Source: a bacterium
Lineage (GTDB): Bacteria > Elusimicrobiota > Elusimicrobia > Elusimicrobiales > UBA9959
Assembly: GCA_021811405.1 (NCBI GenBank)
Contig: JAJZOZ010000002.1
Coordinates: 1 to 59,978, forward strand
Direction: 5' to 3'
DNA length: 59,978 bases
In this document: positions 48,667 through 54,370 of the stretch, piece after piece
Layout of the letters: the number at the start of each line of letters is the position of its first letter
Numbering within the stretch: position 1 is the stretch's first letter
The notes under the pieces: model-generated
Told to the model about the DNA's origin: nothing
Database searches by the model: none
Seen by the model: only the letters and a program-made list of their open reading frames with translations
Translations under genes and position numbers: made by a program

Positions 48667-49701
48667 TTATACACCGGCCCCGCGCCGCATAATAGCCGCC
48701 ATTTCGCAGGCCGCGCTATTAGGGGCAAGGACGTCGTCCTCCTCCAGCAGGCTTATGCCCGGACAGAGGCTGCAATATTCCCTGTCGCGGCATTTGACGC
48801 AGCTTTTCTGGTCGGCCGCGGAAAGCCGGCGCCATTTCTTCAGCCAGGGGGATCCGCGCCAGATGGAGGAGAAGCGGCTCCGCGCGAGGTTCCCCAGCCT
48901 TACCGGCAGCTGCAGACAGGGATAAAGCCAGCCGGAAGGGTCCACCGCGCAGACGTTGCGGCCCGCGCCGCAGATAAAATCGTCGGCTCCGGGCCCCGCC
49001 GCGGCCTCCGCGGTGGACGGGGGAGGAGGGACCTTACTGACCGCCCGCGCCAGGGCAGGGCCGGAGAGCCGGAAGGCGGAGGCGCCGGGGTGGCCGTCGT
49101 TCGCCGGGGCTATCACCGGGTCGAACGAGACAGCGAAGCCTTCCGCCGAGGAGAGGCGGGTCAGCCAGCCGGCCTCCTCCGCGTTCAGGGTCATCAGCGG
49201 CGACTTCATCCTGACCCGCACCCCGGCTTTTCGCAGCAGCCTGGCCGCGGCCAGACTGCGGCGGAAAGAGCCCTTCAGCCCGGTCACGCGGTCATGCAAC
49301 TCCGGGCGGCCATAGAAACTTATCCCGAAGGAGGATATCCCGGCTTCCTTAAGCTCACCGGCCAGGGCCGGGGTCAGGCCCAGGCCGGTGGAGAACACGC
49401 TGACGTCGAACCTGAGGGAGGCGGCATGGCGGCAGAGTTCCGCCAGGTCCTCGCGCAGCAGCGGCTCCCCCCCGGTGAATGTCAGATAAAGGGCTCCGGC
49501 CCGGGCCAGGTCCGAAATGATGCTCTTCCATACCGCCGCGGACAGCTCCCGCGGCGCCCTGGCGCGGCCGCGCGTTTCCGGCAGGTAGCAATGGCGGCAG
49601 GAAAGCGGACAGCGGCGGGTGAGCTCCGCCGTAGCCGAGACGGGGATATTGCGCTCCAGCGTCAGGCGGTTAAGCCTGGCGGATGGCAGGCGGTCAGCCA
49701 T
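48667..49701 (-). CDS. Radical SAM/SPASM-domain peptide-modifying enzyme
   Basis: 344 aa. CPLSCRHC (CX3CX2C), the SPASM segment CGAGRNVCAVDPSGWLYPC, and terminal CVKCRDREYCSLC. Confidence 0.9.
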   Translation of the reverse strand: MADRLPSARLNRLTLERNIPVSATAELTRRCPLSCRHCYLPETRGRARAPRELSAAVWKSIISDLARAGALYLTFTGGEPLLREDLAELCRHAASLRFDVSVFSTGLGLTPALAGELKEAGISSFGISFYGRPELHDRVTGLKGSFRRSLAAARLLRKAGVRVRMKSPLMTLNAEEAGWLTRLSSAEGFAVSFDPVIAPANDGHPGASAFRLSGPALARAVSKVPPPPSTAEAAAGPGADDFICGAGRNVCAVDPSGWLYPCLQLPVRLGNLARSRFSSIWRGSPWLKKWRRLSAADQKSCVKCRDREYCSLCPGISLLEEDDVLAPNSAACEMAAIMRRGAGV

Positions 49702-50023
49702 GGGAAAGAAAAAGGCGGGAGAGAACGCGCCTGGTCAGGGAATAGGCAAGGCCGGCCCGGCCGCGCGAGAGCGGGCCGCCGGAGACGGCCGTGCCGCTGA
49801 TATCACTGAACGGGACGAAATGCCTGTCCAGGCGGCCGGCGTCGTCGGCCAGCCACGCCCCTTTTTCAGTGACGGACAGCACCCGGTGCAGCAATCTGGC
49901 GCCCTGGAACAGGTAAACGGCGCAGTCTCCGGGGCCCGGCCTGTCGTCGCTCAGCAGCACCAGCTCGCCGGGCCTGAATACCGGCAGCATGCTGGAGCCT
50001 TCCAGGCTGAAGCAGGCAGGCAT
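49694..50023 (-). CDS. Mini S24/S26-family peptidase-like protein (109 aa)
   Basis: Track ORF trimmed to ATG 50023 (MPACFSLEGSSMLPVFRPGELVLL...). GSSMLP resembles the catalytic Ser box and LLHRVL sits where S26 has (K/H)RV. The stop overlaps the radical SAM start by 8 nt. The start lies 2 nt after the precursor stop. Confidence 0.6.
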   Translation of the reverse strand: MPACFSLEGSSMLPVFRPGELVLLSDDRPGPGDCAVYLFQGARLLHRVLSVTEKGAWLADDAGRLDRHFVPFSDISGTAVSGGPLSRGRAGLAYSLTRRVLSRLFLSHG

Positions 50024-50025
50024 CC

Positions 50026-50160
50026 TCAGGAGAACTTCTTGAGGGTCTTGCAGGCCAGCTGGCTGATGGGGCCGCTCGTGCATTTGCCGCAGGCCAGCGC
50101 GGCCTTCTCGAAGACCTTCTCGGTCTTGATGGAGGGCTTTTCGTATTTTTTCTTTTTCAT
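50026..50160 (-). CDS. Unannotated 44-aa candidate RiPP precursor peptide
   Basis: My translation is MKKKKYEKPSIKTEKVFEKAALACGKCTSGPISQLACKTLKKFS*. AGGA lies about 8 nt upstream. It is below the size cut-off of the ORF track. It is flanked by PqqD (19 nt upstream) and the peptidase-like gene (2 nt downstream). Confidence 0.6.
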   Translation of the reverse strand: MKKKKYEKPSIKTEKVFEKAALACGKCTSGPISQLACKTLKKFS

Positions 50161-50179
50161 ATGTGGTCCTGAAATATGG

Positions 50180-50452
50180 TCACGCGGTCTTTTTTAAGAG
50201 GCCGCAGTCTATCAATTCCTTTATAAAGTCCCGGGAGTCCGCGCGGGCCGCGTCCCGGCCCACCTCGAACTTCCCGGTAAGGGCCGCCACGATGCCGTCC
50301 TCGTCCTGGCCGGCCGCCAGGCACTCCCAGATGACGGCCGCCGTGCCGTTCAGCTCGTGCAGCCGGGCGGAGGCGGCATCCACTACGAACAGCTCCTCGC
50401 CCATGCGCCTGAAGGCCAGGTCCTTCCGCATATTTACCGCTTTGTCCGTCAT
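50180..50452 (-). CDS. PqqD-family peptide chaperone (RiPP recognition element)
   Basis: 90 aa with PqqD-like LFVVDAASARLHELNGTAAVIWECL. The start overlaps the kinase stop (ATGA). Confidence 0.85.
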   Translation of the reverse strand: MTDKAVNMRKDLAFRRMGEELFVVDAASARLHELNGTAAVIWECLAAGQDEDGIVAALTGKFEVGRDAARADSRDFIKELIDCGLLKKTA

Positions 50453-51252
50453 ATCAGCTCCAGGAAAGCGGCGTCCCGCTTCGCGAATTCCAGACGTTTC
50501 GGCCTTGCGGCCTCCAGCAGGCCGCAGGCATTACTCAGCGCCAGGGACGCGGCTTCCCCCCCTTTTTCGAAGTTCACCAGACAGCGCAGCAGCAGCTTCA
50601 GGGCCTCGCCGCCGCCGCAACTATGCAGCGAGTGGCTGCGCGCCTTGGCCAGGATGTAGACCCCCCCCAGAGGCCAGGCGCCGGGCCTGCCGTCGGCCCG
50701 CATCTCGCCCCAGAAAGGCGAGCCGTGTACCGCCCAGCCGCGCTTGCCGGGCCGCAGCAGGTTTATCTCGTCGCTTATCACTTCGGCCCCGCCGGCGGCA
50801 GCGGCCAGCCTGGCGAGGGTGGACTTGCCTGCCCCGGACTTGCCGAGGAACACGTACGCCCGGCCGTTCTTCAGCAGGCCGGCCGAATGCAGCATCAGGC
50901 CTCCGGAACGGAGCAGCAGCGAGCTCAGCAGAGAGCGCAGGAAAGCGTCCAGGCACTGGGCGTCGGACGCCGCGGCCAGGCGGCCTTTCCCGGTCCGCAG
51001 GTCCAGCCCGGCGCGGAAATCCCCGCGCTTCAGCGTCAGGGTGGTCCCCGCAAGGGCCACCGCGGGCCTGAACGGCAGGTCTCTCCTCTGGACGGACGAG
51101 ACCTCGAACTCGCGGCAGGCCCCGACGGGGCGGGAGAAGGCGCCGTAGCGGCGCCTCAGCGACGAAACGATGCCTTCCTCGTCAGGCCCAAAAGAGAATC
51201 CCAGACCGGCGATCCTCAGCCCCAGACGGGGCGTCACAGCCCCGGGGGCCAT
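50449..51252 (-). CDS. HprK-related (HPr kinase C-terminal-domain-like) kinase
   Basis: 267 aa. LMLHSAGLLKNGRAYVFLGKSGAGKSTLARL is the P-loop in an HprK_C-like context. There is no N-terminal HprK domain. The start overlaps the end of the upstream PilX-like gene by 19 nt. Confidence 0.78.
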   Translation of the reverse strand: MAPGAVTPRLGLRIAGLGFSFGPDEEGIVSSLRRRYGAFSRPVGACREFEVSSVQRRDLPFRPAVALAGTTLTLKRGDFRAGLDLRTGKGRLAAASDAQCLDAFLRSLLSSLLLRSGGLMLHSAGLLKNGRAYVFLGKSGAGKSTLARLAAAAGGAEVISDEINLLRPGKRGWAVHGSPFWGEMRADGRPGAWPLGGVYILAKARSHSLHSCGGGEALKLLLRCLVNFEKGGEAASLALSNACGLLEAARPKRLEFAKRDAAFLELI

Positions 51253-52499
51253 TCGCCCTTGACCTCGTACCAGGTCCCCTTCACTATGGTCACCGGGCTG
51301 GTATACAGCCTTATGTTGGACGCGATGTCGGGATCGTAGTAGATAAGGAAGTTGGAAGTGTCCGTAGTGCTGTCGTTGGCCGACACGACCACGCCATGGA
51401 AGATGCCGTTGCCGCCGCCGGACAGCTCCATGTTGCCGCCGGCGTAAAGCATGCCGTGCGTCAGGACCCCGGTAAGAGGGTAGGTCTTGCCCGTCGCGAC
51501 GTAGTTGGAACTGACCGCGTCGGCGTAAGTGGCTGGGCCGGCCGGGTCGAAGATCTTGTAATGCGCCCAGTTGGCACCGTACTCCTTCCAGGCGTAAGGG
51601 GGGAGCGCGGCGTTGTAGCTGCCGTCGGGGGCGTTGGCGGAACCGCCGTTGCCGGCAAAGGTGACGTTGCCGAGCGCGATCACGTTGCCGGTGATATGGT
51701 TGCCGCCGGCGCCGGATTTAAAGATGGCGTTGCCGGTGATATAATAGGTCTTTCCGCTCTTATCATGGCATCCCATGAAGGTCCTGTCGCCTACGGTGTA
51801 ATAGTTGCCGCCGCAGGGCGAGGCGCCGCTGCCCGTGGCCGAACTCAGGTAGAAGCCGAAATTGATGGTCGGCGCGGAGGGGACGGGGTAGTAAGACCAC
51901 CAGTAAACATCGTCGGTGGAGGCGGTGGACGAGCCGCCGTCCTGCGTGGTGACGTGGCCGGCGCTGTAGAACCTCGGGAAGGTGCGCCCCGTGGCGATGA
52001 TGCTGCCGTTGGAGATCACCGGCCCCCATTCCACGTGCGGGTTGCCGCCGCCGTTGGTGAGGACCTTCTCCGACCTTATGGCGAACTTCACCCCGGTGTT
52101 GGTGTTGACCAGGTACATGCGGATGCGGCGCACCTGCCTGCTGCCGAGGTCCTTGCCGGCGGCCTCGACTATCCTCGCGTCCGGGTTGGCGGGGTCCGAG
52201 CTGATCCTTATCGTGTAGTAGCCCCCGCCTATGTCGTCGTAGACCTGGTCGAAATTATAGCCCGCTATCGTGCCGGTGGAGGTGGCGTTCCACATGTCCA
52301 CGCTCTCCAGTATCTTCCAATACGCCCGGTCCGCGCCGCCCTCCGCCAGATGGAAAGCCGTTGTGGACTGTTTCTCCTTGACCGACCATTTGCCCTCGTT
52401 CCGCGTGAACAGGTTCATGACCGGGAACATCAGCATCAGGAAGAGCAGGATGCTGATGACCATGGTTATGGCCATCTGACCGTGTCTGCTGTTCTTCAT
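51234..52499 (-). CDS. PilX-like pilus assembly / minor pilin-like protein, paralogue 2
   Basis: Track ORF trimmed to the in-frame ATG at 52499 (MKNSRHGQMAITMVISILLFLMLMF..). It shows the PilX_N-like pattern: a G-Q/M-A hydrophobic helix followed by STTAFHLAEGGADRAYW. The C-terminal part is Gly/Asn-rich and beta-helix-like. Confidence 0.68.
   Translation of the reverse strand: MKNSRHGQMAITMVISILLFLMLMFPVMNLFTRNEGKWSVKEKQSTTAFHLAEGGADRAYWKILESVDMWNATSTGTIAGYNFDQVYDDIGGGYYTIRISSDPANPDARIVEAAGKDLGSRQVRRIRMYLVNTNTGVKFAIRSEKVLTNGGGNPHVEWGPVISNGSIIATGRTFPRFYSAGHVTTQDGGSSTASTDDVYWWSYYPVPSAPTINFGFYLSSATGSGASPCGGNYYTVGDRTFMGCHDKSGKTYYITGNAIFKSGAGGNHITGNVIALGNVTFAGNGGSANAPDGSYNAALPPYAWKEYGANWAHYKIFDPAGPATYADAVSSNYVATGKTYPLTGVLTHGMLYAGGNMELSGGGNGIFHGVVVSANDSTTDTSNFLIYYDPDIASNIRLYTSPVTIVKGTWYEVKGEWPPGL
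52288..52478 (-). repeat. Near-identical 5' segment shared by the two PilX-like genes (copy in paralogue 2)
   Basis: A 113-nt exact match (52288..52400 equals 53630..53742). About 95% identity continues to 52478/53820. Elsewhere the paralogues are much more diverged. Confidence 0.8.
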
Positions 52500-52572
52500 A
52501 TCATGTCCAAAGGCCCGCCTGTCAGGCGGTCCTTCCGGGAAATCCCCGTGCCGGTCGTCATGCTCCGGATGG

Positions 52573-53853
52573 TCAAGGCAGCCCCGCCGGCCACTCGGCC
52601 TTGATCTCATACCAGTCCTTCCTGGAGATCGTCAGATGTCCCGCCGACAGTTTAACCGCTTCGGCGACCAGGGAGTCGTAGTAAACGGTATAATTGGAGG
52701 TTTCCGTCTCGTATTCGCCGGCGGTCATCACCAGCCCGTGAAAGACGCCGTTACCGCCGCCCTGCAGCGACATCTCCCCCCTGGCGTAGAGGAAGCCGTG
52801 CACCAGAACGCCGCTCAGAGGATAGGTCTTGGCCGTTGCGACGTAGTTGGAGCTGACCGCGTCGGCCCAGGTGGCCGGCGCGGCCGGGTCGAACGTCTTA
52901 TAGTGCGCCCAGTTGGCCCCGTACTCCCTCCAGGCATAAGGAGGAATATTCGCGCTGTAGCTGCCGTCCGCGCCGTTGGAGGAGCCGCCGTTCCCGGAAA
53001 ATTCCACGTTGCCGAGCGTCATCACGGTGCCGGTTATATGGTTGCCGCCGCCGCCGGCCTTGAAGATGACGTTGCCGGTGACGTAATACGTCTTCCCGCT
53101 CTTGTCATGGCAGCCCATGAAAGTCCTGTTCCCCACGGTATAATAGTTCCCTCCGCACGGGGAAGCGCCGCTAGCCTGGGCGGAGGATAAGTAAAAACTG
53201 AAGCTGACGGCCGGGGCGGGGGGCACCGGATAGAAAGACCACCAGTACACGTCGTCGGTGCCCGCGACGGCCGAACCGCCGTCCTGTGGCGTGACGTGGC
53301 CGGCGCTGTAATACCTGGGGAAAGTGCGCCCCGACGCCTGTATCTCCTTGTAAGATACCACCGGTCCCCACTCCACCTGGGAATTTCCCCCTCCCAGTTC
53401 GGCCTCGTCCTCGGTCCTCACTGCGGAATCCACGCCGGTGTCGGTGTTCTCCAGGTACATGCGGACGGCGCGCAGCTGGGAACCGGTGCCGTCCCTGCCC
53501 ACCGCTTCGACTATCCTGCGGTCCGGATTGACCGGGTCGGAACTGATCTTCACGGCGTAAGAGCCGCCGCCTATGTCTTCGTAGACCTGGTCGAAATTAT
53601 AGCCGGGTATGGTGCCGGTGGAGGTGATGTTCCACATGTCCACGCTCTCCAGTATCTTCCAATACGCCCGGTCCGCGCCGCCCTCCGCCAGATGGAAAGC
53701 CGTTGTGGACTGTTTCTCCTTGACCGACCATTTGCCCTCGTTCTGCACGAACAGGTTCATGACAGGGAACATCAGCATCAGGAACAGCAGGATGCTGATG
53801 ACCATGCTTATGGCCATCTGTCCCGCCCTGCGGTTCCGCGGATATTTGGTCAT
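52573..53853 (-). CDS. PilX-like pilus assembly / minor pilin-like protein, paralogue 1
   Basis: 426 aa. MTKYPRNRRAGQMAISMVISILLFLMLMFPVMNLF...STTAFHLAEGGADRAYW, with the same architecture as paralogue 2. Confidence 0.68.
   Translation of the reverse strand: MTKYPRNRRAGQMAISMVISILLFLMLMFPVMNLFVQNEGKWSVKEKQSTTAFHLAEGGADRAYWKILESVDMWNITSTGTIPGYNFDQVYEDIGGGSYAVKISSDPVNPDRRIVEAVGRDGTGSQLRAVRMYLENTDTGVDSAVRTEDEAELGGGNSQVEWGPVVSYKEIQASGRTFPRYYSAGHVTPQDGGSAVAGTDDVYWWSFYPVPPAPAVSFSFYLSSAQASGASPCGGNYYTVGNRTFMGCHDKSGKTYYVTGNVIFKAGGGGNHITGTVMTLGNVEFSGNGGSSNGADGSYSANIPPYAWREYGANWAHYKTFDPAAPATWADAVSSNYVATAKTYPLSGVLVHGFLYARGEMSLQGGGNGVFHGLVMTAGEYETETSNYTVYYDSLVAEAVKLSAGHLTISRKDWYEIKAEWPAGLP
53630..53820 (-). 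repeat. Near-identical 5' segment shared by the two PilX-like genes (copy in paralogue 1)
   Basis: See 52288..52478. The offset is 1,342 bp. Confidence 0.8.
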
Positions 53854-53856
53854 AGG

Positions 53857-54363
53857 CTAGTTCATTATCCTCACCTTTTCCACGGCCATCTGCAGGGCCT
53901 TGGTGCCGCCCTCGTAAGTGGCCTTTTCGAACGTGATCGAGATGGACAATATGCTGTCGTCGTCCGTGCGCGGGTAGGTGAAAGCGATGTAGCGCAGGTT
54001 GTTTGCTATCATCTTGCCCGCGACGCCGCCGGTGGCCTGGTAAAGCTTGTTGCCCTGCTGGTAGTAGGAGACGGTGTCAATCCCTCCCGATGAGTTGTAC
54101 TTGTTGAAAGTGACGCGGGAATGGGGCGGCTGGCCGGAGACGGCGTCCACCGTGATGCTGGAGGCCACGGCCTGCCGCAGGTCCCGGTTGATGTTGGCCA
54201 GCGCGCCGCGGGCGTTCTTCTGTATCTCCACCCTCGCGGTCATCAGCTGCACGAACTGGTAGGTCCTGATGAAGGTCTTCGGGGCGGCCAGGACCAGGAC
54301 GCCCAGGATCCCCACCACGAGCATCATCTCCATCAGCGTGTAGCCGCGTTTCCAGACGTTCAT
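53857..54363 (-). CDS. Prepilin-type N-terminal cleavage/methylation-domain protein (PilW/GspJ-like minor pilin)
   Basis: 168 aa. MNVWKRG/YTLMEMMLVVGILGVLVL is a canonical class III signal (G|(F/Y)TL.E). Confidence 0.8.
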   Translation of the reverse strand: MNVWKRGYTLMEMMLVVGILGVLVLAAPKTFIRTYQFVQLMTARVEIQKNARGALANINRDLRQAVASSITVDAVSGQPPHSRVTFNKYNSSGGIDTVSYYQQGNKLYQATGGVAGKMIANNLRYIAFTYPRTDDDSILSISITFEKATYEGGTKALQMAVEKVRIMN

Positions 54364-54370
54364 ATTCCGG

